Part shown: positions 48,333 through 62,067 of the stretch, piece by piece
How the letters are laid out: each line of letters begins with the position of its first letter
Position numbering within the stretch: the first letter of the stretch is position 1
NCBI GenBank assembly: GCA_965644265.1
Contig: OZ286465.1
Coordinates: 72,106,001 to 72,170,000, forward strand
DNA length: 64,000 bases
From: Glycera tridactyla
Lineage: Eukaryota
Direction: 5' to 3'
Translations under genes and position numbers: made by a program
Notes under the pieces: generated by a model
Told to the model about the DNA's origin: nothing
The model's input: the letters and a program-made list of their open reading frames with translations, nothing else
The model's database searches: none

Positions 48333-49837
48333 TTTTTGTCCCCCGCCGGAACACCGGAAGGAGGACTATAAAATAGTGGGCGTCTGTCCGTCCGTGTGTC
48401 CCTTGTCCGTCCGGTGTCCGTCCGCGCACGCCAACTTTGCGGAACCTGTATCTCTGGAACCGCTGCACCGATTCACACCAAATGAAGTTTCCTGGAAGCG
48501 TCTTGATGTGTAGGTGTGCACTGGCACGTTTATTCTGGATTTGGGCATGTGATTGCCTGCCCATGGGCAGGTGAAATGTGAAATACTTCAGGATGTCATC
48601 AGGATTTTGTGGAACTCATATCTCCACTATGGCTGCTCCGATTCACACCAAATCATGTTTCCTGGAAGCGTCTTGATGTGTAGGTGTGCACTGGCATGTT
48701 TATTCTGGAATTGGTCATGTGATAGCTTGCCCACGACGGGCAGGTGAAATGTGAAGAACTTCAGGATGTCATCAGGGTTTTGCGGAACTCATATCTCCAC
48801 TATGGCTGCACCGATTCACACCAAATCAAGTTTCCAGGAAGCGTCTTGATGTGTAGGTGTGCACTGGCATGTTTATTCTGGAATTGGGCATGTGATTGCC
48901 TGCCCACGGGCAGGTGAAATGTGAAAAACCTCAGGATGTCATCAGGATTTCCACTATGGCTGCACCGATTCACACCAAATCAAGTTTCCTAGAAGTGCTG
49001 TGATGTGTAGGTGTGCACTGGCCCATTTATTCTGGCTTCTGCCATGTGATGGGCTGCCCATGGGCAGGTGAAATGTCTGAATGCTGGGCACTCCCATCCA
49101 CACTTTGCAGAACTCATATCTGCACAACCGCTCCACCGATTCACACAAAATAAAGTTTTCTTGAAGCGTCCTGATGTGTAGGTATGCACTGGCAGACTTA
49201 TTACAGATTTGTACATGCAATGGGCTGCACATGGGCAGTTGAAATATCTGGAGGACTTCAATATGGCATGCACTCTTATTTGGACTTAATGGAACTCATC
49301 TCTCCAGAACGGCTTCACTGATCCACATCAAATGAACTTTCCCTGAAGTGTCTCGATGTGTAGCTGTGCACTGACATCTTTATCATGGGTTTGGGCAAGT
49401 GATGGGTAGCATAGGCTGCCCATTGACATTTGAAATGGTCGATGGTATGGACTTATAGGAACCCATGTAGTGTGGACTGCTGCACCAATCCACACTGAAT
49501 CAACCTTTCTGGAAGCATCTTCTTGAAGAGCTTCAAACACTTCAGGATGGTATGCGCTGTGCAGAACCCATGTATTCAAAACAAATGGACTGTTTCATAC
49601 CAAATCATATCTTATTGATCTTGCTCATTGTTCAAATATGCACTGGCACATTTATTCTGAGCTTGGGCAAGTGCTGGGGTGCCCATGGGCATACTTGAAA
49701 CATTCCATAATGGCATGCACATTGTCAACCACATATGAAGAAAACCAACACATTTTTTCTGCGCAGTTCAGGAAGCAGAGGTGCTCACTGTCATAGTCCC
49801 ACATCGGCGGGGGACCCCGCATCACTGATGCCTTGTT
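48333..49837 (+). mobile_element. Helentron-associated (HINE/DINE-1-like) non-autonomous element with ~170-bp internal tandem repeats
   Basis: 5' subterminal inverted repeat (subTIR) gtcccccgccg (48338-48348) and exact inverse cggcgggggac (49805-49815); ggactat/atagtcc inverted pair; (GTCC)n-like tract; 3' hairpin gcatca-c-tgatgc (49819-49831); repeat anchor attcac at 48471, 48641, 48814, 48968 and 49139. Confidence 0.75.
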
Positions 49838-51388
49838 GTGGACAATTCTTGAGGATATTATTCAAGATGAAAGCATATGAAAATGAGGACAAATTAGTGG
49901 TAAGAGATCAATCAACTATTAATGCCATTTGAATTAGCGGTAGTTCTTATCTGTCGTAAAGTATTTCTCATACTATAAAGTCCATTTAATCAACATTTCC
50001 TCTTTAATGATGTAAGTGTAATTAATTTCACATCATGTTCAAGATAACTTTCATGATGGACTTTGCAAAACAGAAGGCAAGTAATCATATCTATTCAAGG
50101 GATTCGACTACATGGATTTGCCTTCCACAGGATCTCTATCACCCCAGGTTCCAATGGTGACTACTATTTTAGGAGTGGAAGTTACTTGATCGGAACAGAA
50201 TTACCAGACCTGTTTTTTTTTCCTTCGAAATCATTTTGGTTGGGGAGATAATCTCATAGTTGACAAGAAGACGAAACTCAATTATGGTCGTAATTCTTCA
50301 GTAAGAGCATAAGTGATTGTTCGTCGTCTCAGATCAAGCCTCAATGTGACATCAGAATAGGAGCCATCCCCCTTTGGGAGCCATCTCTGATAATTCACGT
50401 TATATTTTTTCAGCTGATTCGAGACCCACTTCAGCCAGAGGTGCTACCTTCTTATTGTTTGTTCTGAATAGAAAATTAAGAAGCTCTTAGTCTTGAAAGA
50501 AACTATTATTCTCCATTATCACTCTTCATCGTAGTCCATCGTCTAGTATTCACAGTATTTGTCCTTCTGAGTCTCATCCCCCCGCTGATACCAAATTGTT
50601 CCATTCTTTTGCAGTACACTCTCAAATAGTCCCAGTGATTCATTTGCCTTCTTTGTCACCATTTTAGTTTGGGACAGTCTTGTCCACCAAATCTTCATTT
50701 TCAGTTATATTCTATTATTTATGTATGTCATGACTATGCATTTTGTGCATTCCACTGTATTACTGTATGAGATCATGTCCTTTGTGTCACTGTATTTCTA
50801 TGTTTTTATGTATTATCTCTGGCTCTATTGACCCTGCAAATCCAAGATGGCTTCCCTATTGTCGATAACTTTGTCTGCAGTTCCCATCATCCTTTGCACA
50901 TTCCCATGGCACCGATGTGATATCCGTGTGAGAAAACTAGTTTTGCCGAGATGCCAACCATTATGATTTTGGAGTATTAATCACTCATTTTTGACCTAAA
51001 ATTCTGTCCATTTCTACATGGAATTACTCCAATATTCACGTTTTTTTGTTTGATCATTGCAAATATTACCATCATTACTTTTAGAAATTGGTATCTACAA
51101 ATTTTGGTCTACAAATGTTGGCATCTCTGGTTTAGGGTGACTCGAGTCCCTTCCCCCAACCAGCGTTGAGGCTGATTATTGTTCCCGTTGCAGAAATTTT
51201 CCACATGAGACTTCGACTTTTCCTGATTATGTAGTGCTAATATCAGACTTGTGACTGCCTAATGTCCAGGGCAGGCTCACAAATTGTCTTCCTCCATATA
51301 TTTGCATCACAACCAGTTGAGATGTATTTCATCCTCTCAAAAGAAACCTATTTCAGATGTTTTGAAATAGAAGTTTCAGGGTACTCAC

Positions 51389-51870
51389 AGCGTAAATATT
51401 CTTGGTGTAGAAGCTTTCTGGAAGTGTCCACTCCCTTTCATCAGCTACAGGCTTCTGTCCCTGTTGAAATAGGGATAATCCTAGGCTGTTTCTCAGCACT
51501 CTGGGCACATTAATGTAAGAAATGGATCATAGTTCCTACAAAGCCGTGCCCATATGGCACACATTCTAAGCAAAACAGAAACATCAATGATTATGTTTGT
51601 TCATCGAAGAAGACCTTGCAATACATTTCTTATAAAGTCATATTCTTGTTTGTGACCCTAATATGCTTCAGTGTTCACATCCACAGGTCCCGATCCTTGA
51701 ATTTCAAAGAAAATGGATCCCATTTTTAAGCCAAGAACCCTATTTTTGCAAACTTCAGTTATCTGAGGATCTTAGAATTGATGGTGAAGCCCTCAATTGT
51801 GTGATTTGCTTACCAATAGGTATCCTGAGTTCCATCTTTTATTAGCAATAATTGATATGCAGCTTATATC
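51389..51870 (-). pseudogene. Two exon-like minus-strand segments (51814-51870 and 51389-51460) of a possible decayed gene nested antisense in the filamin intron
   Basis: Minus strand: ttgatttgacag|57 nt (DISCISIIANKRWNSGYLL)|gtaagc and ccctatttcaacag|72 nt (GQKPVADEREWTLPESFYTKNIYA)|gtgagt. Both are phase 0 and stop-free; flanking coding-like sequence contains stops. Confidence 0.3.
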
Positions 51871-51922
51871 CTGTCAAATCAACTAGCATCATGTGTGTAT
51901 TCTTAATGCTCAATTATTTCAG

Positions 51923-51964
51923 GCCGTCGCTCCCGGCGAATATCAGGCTATCATGCAAGCCGAG
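51923..51964 (+). CDS. FLNA: Filamin hinge-1 mini-exon (14 aa, AVAPGEYQAIMQAE)
   Basis: Acceptor caattatttcag|gcc and donor gag|gtaccc; 42 nt, phase 0-0; GC-rich codons like the Ig exons; plausibly completes the last strand of Ig15. Confidence 0.7.
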
Positions 51965-54900
51965 GTACCCACCCTCTCTCCTTCTCCTTGTGTGCAAACC
52001 CTTAGTAGGGCCCTCCTTTACTAATATTTCAGACCCAACCCGGTTTGAGCATCCCACCAAGTGTGTGCATGTGTCTGTGTGTGTGATCTTTCACTAACAC
52101 TATTACTGGTCTTCTAGCGAGTGATAATAGGGGGATGTTCAGTATCATATCATGATCAGTCATTATTTGGTTGATTTCTCATGTATCTTCCATTTAGCGT
52201 ATTTCATCATTTTTTATCAGGATTTTTTTGGTGCTGGGAATTGATCTATCAAATCCATCTTTTTCATTGATTTTCGATCAAGCTATATGTGGAATAGACT
52301 CTTTTTTAAAATTCAAAATGTTATTGAGTTTGGAACTGGAGTTATATTTCATTTCTGAACAAATACTCCACTGATAGGTCTTTCAGTGGTGGAAGCTGTA
52401 CAATTCTACTATTTCGTTTGTCTTATCCTCATATTTATTTGATCCTACCAATTTCATTGAACTTCCTGCCCGTCATCTGCTATCGACTGATATTTAGGCA
52501 AAATGAATGCTTTTCTCGCAACTGCCGCTATATCAGTATAGAGCGGGGAGAAAACTATAATGCTGATTCTCCGGGTATTCATTTCTCACCTGTCAATATA
52601 TACATGCCTTTTCTCTCATTTTATCATCACTTTTCGCTCTTCATCTTTAGGAGTCTTCATGAAGATCTGTTTGAACCAGCATAAATGACAATTGATTTCC
52701 GATGAAGGCAATATTTATCAAATATGAAGCCTGTAGTCTCAGTCTCATGAAATATGGAAGCACATATTCTTCAAACATTTTGTCAAGAATACAAATTTGC
52801 TTTGGTAAGAGTAGTTAGTACACTGCTGGAAGGAGAAGTTCATGATGAGGGAAAAAGTTTCACATAACATTTCATTGCTGATGATGTATTTGAGAATAGA
52901 ACTGAGTCTATGCCCAAGCTGGGTCAATGCCTAATATAGGTCCTTATTATGCATTGGGTACTAAATTTTAAGGCTGGGCATTCTCAGAAATAGTCTCTGT
53001 AAATCTAAGTTGAAAATGAATAATTCATCAATGTCGATTACTTTAAATGCCTGCACCATTTATTCCATGCAATTAAGGTTTGCCTGGATTTATGAGCAGA
53101 TGAATTGCATGATGACAAAGAGAAATGATCCTACTGCTCCTGATCATTGATTCCTCGACGACGATGACTGACGATATTTTTCAGACCCAGGCATCAGATG
53201 AAGATTACAATGATGATTCCATCACAAGGATCTCTCGATTCTATAGATTGTGGCATGCACACGGTTTATTATGATTTGATAAGATTGAATGATATTGGGA
53301 ACTTGTTGTATTCTGATCAAGGAAAGATTTGGTGTTGGGAACTTATTTTTAGTTTGACAAGTTCAAGTAGTTATGGTTGCATTCAAATTTTATTGAGATT
53401 TGCCATTCATGATTCACACATTGTTCATGGTAGTCAAGATTTCTTTTTTAATTTGAAGTTTTTCAAAGCTTTCTTCTTGTTCAGCAAGATTAGAGGCTGC
53501 ATTCAATATTTTGAATATTTTGAGCAATATATTGTTTAAAAGACAGTATGGATGCACCTCAGCAAAATGCAGCTTTTGTTGAATCTTTTCTGTTGTCATT
53601 CAGTATTTCTTTTACATTCCCACAAGACAAAATACAAAATGAAATCAAGAAATCCTGCCTGTTGCTGACTGAACAAAGTATGGTCCTTCTTGTTCAAATT
53701 GATTAAATCGATGTTTTTAGCAACATTACACTACATCAATTGAAATCTCCTTTTTGTTCTAGAGTGTAAGTTGATTACACTGCTAATGTTGGCATAGTGG
53801 TTGTATCAGGTTACTCTAGTGTATATTTGCTACACTAGATGGCTGAATGTGAGAATGATTCTGCATTCAACATGGCAGTTATTGCCACTTTTGCATGACT
53901 AGTATGATAAGTAACAATTTCCCTCCTGCATAGATCATTCATTTCAATCACATCATCTTGAATCACTGAATGGTATATCTGAAATTGTTGATTTGTTGTG
54001 AATGATATAGATTGTCATATCTGGGATATGACTTGAACTGGTTGAGAATGGTTGTCGCGATAGCAGTGTGGTTCAAGGTTTTACTGTATGGATGTTGATG
54101 TAGTTGGAATTGGCAGATATTTGGTAGATGTAGGAATGATGGTTCTACTTAGATTGATAAGATGCATTAATAATGGGAGAATGAAAGACAGGACGATTTT
54201 GGAAAAGTGAGATTTCTCCTGTAGGTGCATGTCAATTGATTGAGCCAGTGCAGTGGATAGACTTCCATCAGACTTCTACTCTGTATTCATTACAAAGTTA
54301 ATATAAATCGATGATAATTCTATGATATATTCTACAGTCTATCCCAGTTAGTTGGAGAGTATATCCTCAATCAAATCAACCAGGTAGAATTTTTGTCTAT
54401 AAATCATAGGTTTGTTGACTTCTGCCAATTGGAATATGGTGACAGGGCCAGAGATGAAATTTTGGTTGAGATTATTTCATCTTCTTTATTACGTTCACCA
54501 TAGAGAAGAATACTGGAAATAATTTTGAGAGATGACACCGCTAGTGTTGATTTCAGTTGATGTGGGTTTGAGAGACAGGTCTGAAGGGTGGATGTAAAAA
54601 ATTGGCACCTCACCAGGCACTACTGAGCCAAATTAGCATTTAGTGAAATGACGTAAGCCATTATCACAGCATGCATTATTCAAACATAGTCAACCAATGA
54701 CAAGAAAAAGATTTCAATATTTTTCTTGAACAGGAATGTTGCATCATCACAATTCTTTCAACAATTGTCAGTTACCATACTACATGAGAGGGTGAGTTAG
54801 TTTCTATGCTACATGCACATAGAAGATCAATCCGCTTATTCCGAGGTATGGGGAACTCCCCCTGCAGGAATGCACGATTCTCCAGCCAGTAGGTTTTTTC

Positions 54901-54986
54901 ATGAAATAAAAGATTAAAACACCACAAAAAATTAAGGAAAAAAAGCTATTAGGAAAACCTTTTTCCATTCCAATATTTGTCTAGAC

Positions 54987-55437
54987 TAGTGTTCCGCCGA
55001 TCGATGCAAAGATCGATTTGATCGACGATTCTGGGTGCGATCCGATTGATCGGTGCTCATTTTTGGGATCGATTAAAAATCGTTCAAATGAGCAGATAAG
55101 CACCATTTTCCCAAGAGTAGAAGAAATTATCAAAATACGGTTAATATTTACCGAAAGCAGATTGACGTCTATATAACCACTCATTCTGACCTGTAAATCT
55201 TCAGTTTTCATTGATAACAAGGGTGTCGAGTATATACCATCGCTTCATCAATACTGGTCAGAACTGCATGAATCATATATCTCTATACTCCCTAGACCCT
55301 GGCACATACGTGTGGGAAGGTGGCATGTAAATATCAGGGGTTTCCCAATCTAAGAAAAGACCGATCTTAGATTGATCATCGCTCGCTCATCATGCCGATT
55401 AATCGATCCTGGTTTTCGGCTCCGAGTCCGAGCACTA
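54987..55437. mobile_element. 451-bp hAT-type MITE with perfect 8-bp TSD GTCTAGAC
   Basis: TSD at 54979-54986 and 55438-55445; ends TAGTGTTCCG / CCGAGCACTA (8/10 inverted match); CpG-rich ccgatc subterminal motifs. NTCTAGAN is the known hAT/Charlie target consensus. Confidence 0.8.
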
Positions 55438-57782
55438 GTCTAGACTAACGTAAATGTCTCAGAACCGACCATAACTTCATTCTTGAAAATTTTGCCTGGG
55501 TGGAAGAGTTGTTAAGGCCTACTAAATCAATCAATAAGTACGGGGGAGAGGGGATAATTACTGCAATCTCGCAGACCATGACTGTCTGGTGTGCCCACTC
55601 AGCCAGTAGTGCTGGAGGCAATAGGGGAGTTCCATGATTTGCTGACATTGGTGCAGGTGTGACCCATGCCCTCTTGTGGTCAATGAGAGAACTGTAACAA
55701 TGGCTCCTTCAGGCCAAGTGCCAAACCCTCACCAGGGCAGGTTATTTACATGTGTACTGACACTGGAAGCAGGTCAGGTTAACATGGTTCTAACAGTATG
55801 ATTTGCACAAGAGGAACCTTACACTGTGTTCAAAATTTCATCTTATAATCGAGATATTCATAGCAAATTCAGAATATCTTTGGAACACAGAAATCAATCA
55901 GTATTTTAAGAACATGATACATCCTCTGTAAAATTTGATCCATCTTTCTGGGCTGGACTCTGCAAGTGTGAATAACAATTCCGCTCTTAAGAGATGAATC
56001 ACTCTTGTGAGTTAGTATTCAACCCAAGAGCTCATTGTAGTCACAACCATGCACTTTTCATTGGACTGATTTAGGTTTTTGTTCTCAACACTGTGACACT
56101 GGGCAGAATGTTTGCACTTTCTAAACATAATAATCCCCGGATATGATATTTATAGTGAAGATAATTGTAACAGAGAGATTGTATTAGAAGCATTATGAAC
56201 ATTTTGTGATCGATGATAACAAATGAAACTTAGTGTGATTTTGAAATCCTTAAATTAATAATAATAATGATAATAATAATAATTATTATGATAATCATAA
56301 TAATAATAGTGTGTGACGTATGTGGATGCTGTCCTAACATGAGGAGGTAATAATGAACAGTGTTGCTGATATGATAATGATGAAGATTCTTTTTGCGATG
56401 TGGTTTGAAAAATTGATAAGCACTGAGTGTATGTGTTTGATAATAATGATGATAATAATGATAATAAACTGAAATCATGATACAAAAATCATGATAGTTG
56501 GAGAAACAAAAGCATTGTCTTGTATCACCCACAAATAGTTGTACTGATACATTTGATTGTGATTTTGGGAAGATAACAAAATATTAGTGGAATAGTTTTG
56601 AGTTCGCCCTTTCATCAATAATTTGTCACCGTTGCTCATCCATCAATGGTAATTGAGTGATACAAGTTGACCATTCCATTCAGGCAGTTAGAGATGTGAT
56701 GCTTCATGGATGTGTTTTATTAGAGTATTAGGAGCAGTAGGGTTAATATAGGGTAGTGTACATAGCATGTTTTGGTCAGCGTGACCTGATGTAGTAGGCT
56801 ACTCTGGCACCGGTGTGTTGACCGTCTACGTGATTCACCATGTGTTTGTATACGCTCATTATCACATATCATGAAAGGTGATTCACACTAGCAACTCATC
56901 CGTGTACATCATGTTGTGACTTCTAACATGTGATGCCATCATGATTGCCCTCTGGTGAGAGAACCCGTCATCATCGTCACACTCATTATGGCTAAATGTG
57001 CGAGGAATATATTCAGAGGATTATTCACTGGATATTGCCCAAATAATACCGGGTACTTTACTCCTGAATATTCATGATTCCTGGATGATTGGAAGGTCTA
57101 TGGTATTATTTTAACATAAGATAGTCAACTGTAAGATTCCTGTCAATCCAAGATATTATGAGGGTGTCTATTTGAGAAGTGGCACTCAGGACCTTCTAAT
57201 CATCTACGGATGGTATAGAAGTATTCCAGTGACCAACCTATTATCACCCAATACATCTCTTCATTTATTGGGGGTTAATTGTTGCTATGTTTAAGTTTTC
57301 ATGTTCTGTGCAAGTGCAGCGATTATACTTGTACATGTCGAGAATATATCGAGAAAGTTTTATATTTAGTTGATATTCCATACATAAATACATGATCCTC
57401 TGGGTTGATACATGCCGTTAGACATCGATCAATCAATCAATCAATTAATCAATCAATCAACTACCCACATATATCATTGTCAAAACCTGCATTGACATTG
57501 GTCTTTTGGTTGAATGGGAAGTCAATGTTGTGTTTTCTGTTGAAGGGATATTTTGTGATGTATCATCCTTCTGTTCGACTATTTTGTGACATCTTCTCAT
57601 TGTTTGATTATTTTTTGACATTTTCAAATCAATTGATTTTTTTGTGGCATCAATCATTTTATCATTTTGTGACATTTTCCCATTATTTTATATTTTGTGA
57701 CATTTTCCCATTATTTGATCATCTAGTGATATCGACACATTGTTTGATCATTTTGTGATGTCTTCCCATTGTTTGATTGAAG

Positions 57783-57912
57783 GCGGATGAGGGAATGATC
57801 CGACCCGACCAGGCGCCAACAGCCAAGTCAGCGGCTCCTGGCCAGACTGCTGGTCTCTTCCACCCAGTCGACTTCTGCATCCCTGTAGGACCCATCTTCA
57901 ACTTCGTCTCAG
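57783..57912 (+). CDS. FLNA: Filamin exon: end of hinge-1 / start of Ig16 (ADEGMIRPDQAP...FHPVDFCIPVGPIFNFVS)
   Basis: Acceptor gtttgattgaag|gcg (phase 0) and donor tcag|gtacat (phase 1); joins in frame to the next exon. Confidence 0.85.
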
Positions 57913-58421
57913 GTACATTCATTTCACTCTCACACAAAACACTAGTTACACTACTGCTGCCAATCCATCTTTGATATTATCAGGGATGCGATTGTTCTCC
58001 CGATCCTCGAATGGTCATGAATGCATCAATCCATGCATGTGACAGGGAAGATGACTTTATGCTGGCCATTTAGGGTTTTGAATCATACAGATTGTGTCAG
58101 GATTATTTGAGATGGATTTATAGTGATTTGCCAGTAGTTTCTAGGACTGTTTTGCAGACCGTCAGAGTTTCTAATCAGTTATTGGGCCTCTGTAGCCCAT
58201 GAACTAGATATATCATGGGTCATGTCCCAAATTGATGAGTCATCTATTCATCCATGGTTAACAGGGAACAAAAGTATCTTGCTCCTGGCCCATAGTGGAA
58301 AATATCTGGTGTTGAAAAGGGCAAGGGTGGGGTATGGCTGAGGGCTAGGCATCAAATAATAACAAGCATTGGCACCATTGCTTTCGGAAATTGTCATCAC
58401 TTCACTTTTTCTCGTCTGCAG

Positions 58422-58562
58422 CTATCGTGACAACCCCATCTGGTCGCAAGGACTATCCTAAGATCGAGGATAACAAGAACGGAACTGTGACGATGAAGTA
58501 TCAGCCATCGGAGCCTGGACTGCATACACTGGAGGTGCTCTACAACAAGCAGCCAATCCCAG
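58422..58562 (+). CDS. FLNA: Filamin exon: Ig16-like repeat (AIVTTPSGRKDYPKIEDNKNGTVTMKYQPSEPGLHTLEVLYNKQPIPG)
   Basis: Acceptor ctttttctcgtctgcag|ct and donor ccag|gtgagc. Matches recalled FLNA Ig16 [33 protein letters not shown]. The gene continues beyond the window. Confidence 0.93.
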
Positions 58563-58620
58563 GTGAGCACATGTCTACACTACCTTACTTTTATACTCAC
58601 TAGTTGTAGCTCCTTTCATT

Positions 58621-58783
58621 TACAGTCAAACCTGTTCTAAGTAAGACTTGTAGTAGGCAACAAGTCTCTTTTCTTCCCACCAGATTATTTTTGATTATAT
58701 CTCACCTGTAAAAAGCAGGGACTTGCTCTCAGCACACTTTTGTCACATCCCTTGGCTTCAGGCTTAGGACGGGTTTGACTGTA
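58621..58783. mobile_element. TA-flanked MITE with the same TIRs but a different interior
   Basis: tacagtcaaacctg...cgggtttgactgta. Confidence 0.65.
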
Positions 58784-59008
58784 TTATTTATTGCGACGTC
58801 TTTCCATTTGCTTGAGATCAGCTCGCCAGGTGTCTCATCTCGATGAAGGGAGGTGCCATTGTATGTGGAATAGACTCATCTGTGACATTGATATTGGTCT
58901 CAGACATGGTTCAATGCCAAGAGAGTTCATGCTTGCACCATCTCATTACATGCGTGCATGCATGCATGCATTTATGCCCATACTTATACATACACATTCA
59001 TGCTTACA

Positions 59009-59009
<1 letters not shown>

Positions 59010-59071
<62 letters not shown>
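59010..59071. repeat. (CA)n microsatellite
   Basis: About 30 CA units. Confidence 0.95.
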
Positions 59072-59074
<3 letters not shown>

Positions 59075-60318
59075 ATCATTCCCTTGTGTCATTTGCGGGG
59101 CGCCATGCAGTTTCCGGTCCATCGAGACAAATGTCAGGTTTATATCTCCCTTGATGTGTCTCATCTACTATTTTACATGGCACAAACACCAATAATCAAT
59201 ACTGATGATAGACATTAATATCATGAAACCTCATCAGTACACTCATCATGCAGTCCCAAGCTGCCCCCGCCCTTCGATTTCAGGAGCAGATAATTACTCC
59301 CGTGCCTCCTTTCCTTGTCTTTGATCTCAAATTGGGCATGATGATTTGATAGGAACTTTCGTGTGCCAAGGATGAACTCCATCTTGGGGGATGGCATGCA
59401 TTTATTTACTATTATGTCATCCGTGGGTATTCTCTATGTCCATTTGTATGCTCCGCGGGAAGGCTGATTGTATGACTGCATCATCATGGCTGGTCATTTG
59501 CTTGCCTATTGGTGACCGCCACTAATATTCATCGCTGGCCTCCAATGCAGAAGGGACAGTTTCCGTTTGACAAGGCCAGCCTGTATAGAGGGGCAGAGTT
59601 CTGCATCATCAGTCACTATTGATAGGGACACTGTATTATCCGGTTGCCATCAGAATGCATCCCATGACATATGTCTGATGCTGATAAGAAGGATAAATAT
59701 TGCCAAAAGGCTTCGCTTTTAATTATGATTCACAGAAAAGCACACTTTGTGCAGTCTTTGTGGGCATGTGCATTGCCATTATTTAGTCCATAAATTAATG
59801 CAGGAAGAAAAAACAGATGAAAACTTTGGGGAGGCTGTGGAAAAACCAACTTCACCCACCCAAAAGATAAGTGAAGTAAAAGTTTTAGTGCCTCGATAAT
59901 GTACAAAGGCTACCTTTCTACGATGACCACTGTTACCAATGGTGGTTTTTGTAGATAACTTTGTCTGTAATCTTGACTGGTGGAAATCCTCTCTCAGTGA
60001 CACATTGCATGAAAATGAATGCTGAATGTGGGTGTACAAGAGTTAAATGCACTGTGTAATCCTACATCACCACCATATTAGGTTTCCACTGGTAGGGGAA
60101 AGAATTGCCTCCGCTGTGGTCTCAGAGCAAATATAATCATGCAGATTGGAGCACTACCCTATATACCTGATACAGGGGCTGATGGATTCCACAGATAACC
60201 CCCTCAGGGCCCTTCAGAATTTGCCCGAATCATTATATCCTAACAGATTTCCAAATTGGATAATGTAAGGAACATATCGCATTACTGTCATAAAAAATTC
60301 TCAATGTTCATACCATAA

Positions 60319-60630
60319 TTATCCCCCGCCGAAACACCGGGAGGGGGACTATAAAAAGTCTCCATCTGTCTGTCCGTCCCTGAGTCTGGGCAGACCAACT
60401 TTGCAGAATCTGTATCTCTGGAACAGTTTCCTTGAAGTGTCTTGATGTGTAGGTGTGCACTGGCCCATTTATTCTGGCTTTGGCCCACAGGCAATTGAAA
60501 TGTCTGAAAAACTTCAGGATGGTATACACTTGATTTTCCATAACTCATATCTCCAGAAATACTGCCACAATCCACACCAAATAACTTTCTTTCAAGCACC
60601 TCAATGTGAAGATTGAGACATACATGGGCC
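60319..60630 (+). mobile_element. 3'-truncated second copy of the HINE-like family at 48333
   Basis: ttatcccccgccgaaacaccgg...ggactataaa...ctgtctgtccgtcc...gtcttgatgtgtaggtgtgcactggcccatttattctgg is shared with 48.3-49.1 kb. Confidence 0.7.
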
Positions 60631-61004
60631 ACCAGCGACGGAACATTTCTTTACACTTGAGAACATAGACCAAAAATGGAAAGGGAAAACAGTGCAGGTT
60701 TTTTAATTACTAAGCGATATGATTCAAAATGAACCTTGATTGTGTAGTGAAATGTGGCCAACTTTACAGATAATTCCAATCTTCCATGAATGGTAAATAT
60801 TGACTGGAATTTGGCAGGATATAAATCAAACTAATTTGATTATGATGTCAGGTCTGAATATTGTCCCCAGTTTGCCCTTCTAATTCAATAGAGTTGACAC
60901 CAGATCATGACGATCAATCGATATCTGTCATCCCCACACGTCCAACTCTTCACTGATTCATTATTCCTGCCAGTACTCAGTCTGACTGGCAAACCATCCC
61001 TACT

Positions 61005-61130
61005 TACAGTCAAACCTGTGGTGAGGTACCGACCTCTGATAGGACATTGCTTTCTATGGGCTGACCTAACTGACAGTCAAATCTTCATCTGATGAGAAAC
61101 CACCTTTTTCAGAAGACGGCTTCTGTTGAA
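61005..61130. mobile_element. Partial MITE (TACAGTCAAACC start; gatgagaaaccacc motif)
   Basis: Left TIR only; internal motif shared with the 46919 element. Confidence 0.45.
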
Positions 61131-62067
61131 ATTCGTACCAGTCTGTTGCCACATTTTTCTCTGTCTATAAAAGGGGTGTAGCCGATTAATCATGGAATAT
61201 GAATACAGCAAAATATCCAAGAAAGGCTTACCAGGCAGTAGGATATCAGTGTGTCAAACCTAAAGGTCTATCGAACTTTGCATAGGAGTTCTGAACTGAT
61301 CATGGGGAAATGCTTAAACTTTTTGGAGGGGGGGGGGGGGGGGGATGTTTGAAAGACATTTGTGCCAATTCCAATGGGTCATTACTGATGCCCAATTTGA
61401 TAATGCCTGTGTATGGGCATAATACATCAATCAAAGGGAGAATCTGCGTCATTATGCACCAGGGTCACTCCCCATTACTCCAGTAAATAAATTTGGGGTC
61501 GTCCGGAATTCAGCATGATGTCATCTCAAATTTATGTTGGGTTACCACTAATTTGACAAGTACTTGAATAAATCATGTTAGGACCAAAACCATAATAACC
61601 TTAGACTCTTTCTGAATCCAGGGTGAGTCGTTTCAAATTGAGTTTGGTTCACTATTTGATAATAGACAGCTGGATTAGAATGAAACAACCCCATGCTCAT
61701 CACAATATCTGAACTAAAGAAGTTGGTCCAGTAGTGATGGGCAGTTCGGTTGAGTTATTGATCCTGGGCTGCATATTTGCTTGGACAGCTCATGAAGTAT
61801 CTAGAGCCACTTAGAAGTCATCGGCAGGAGGGAGTGTATGATTAATTGATTGATTGATTGATTGATTGATTGAGTAGGGCTTAACATCTCTTCAACCCAG
61901 GCATGATTGATGAAACTTAAACCCATAGTTTGTTTGGATAATGTAGAATACTGTGCAATCAAGAGATGAGAATTGGGGTTGGAAGCTTGAAATTCCCGTT
62001 AGAAATGCAGATTGTATTTGGAAAATTCCAGTCTCATGATTATCTATTTTCATGGACTAGGATGCTA

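Noticed and set aside
50414-50440. 27-nt candidate hinge micro-exon (LIRDPLQPE)
   Set aside because: Good acceptor but a weak donor (GTGCTA); cannot be supported without transcripts.
58791-59218. ORFs with HTHTHT/VCVCVC runs (also 29113-29772), and ORFs spanning N runs (27897-28111, 36762-37210)
   Set aside because: Artefacts of CA/GT microsatellites and assembly gaps.
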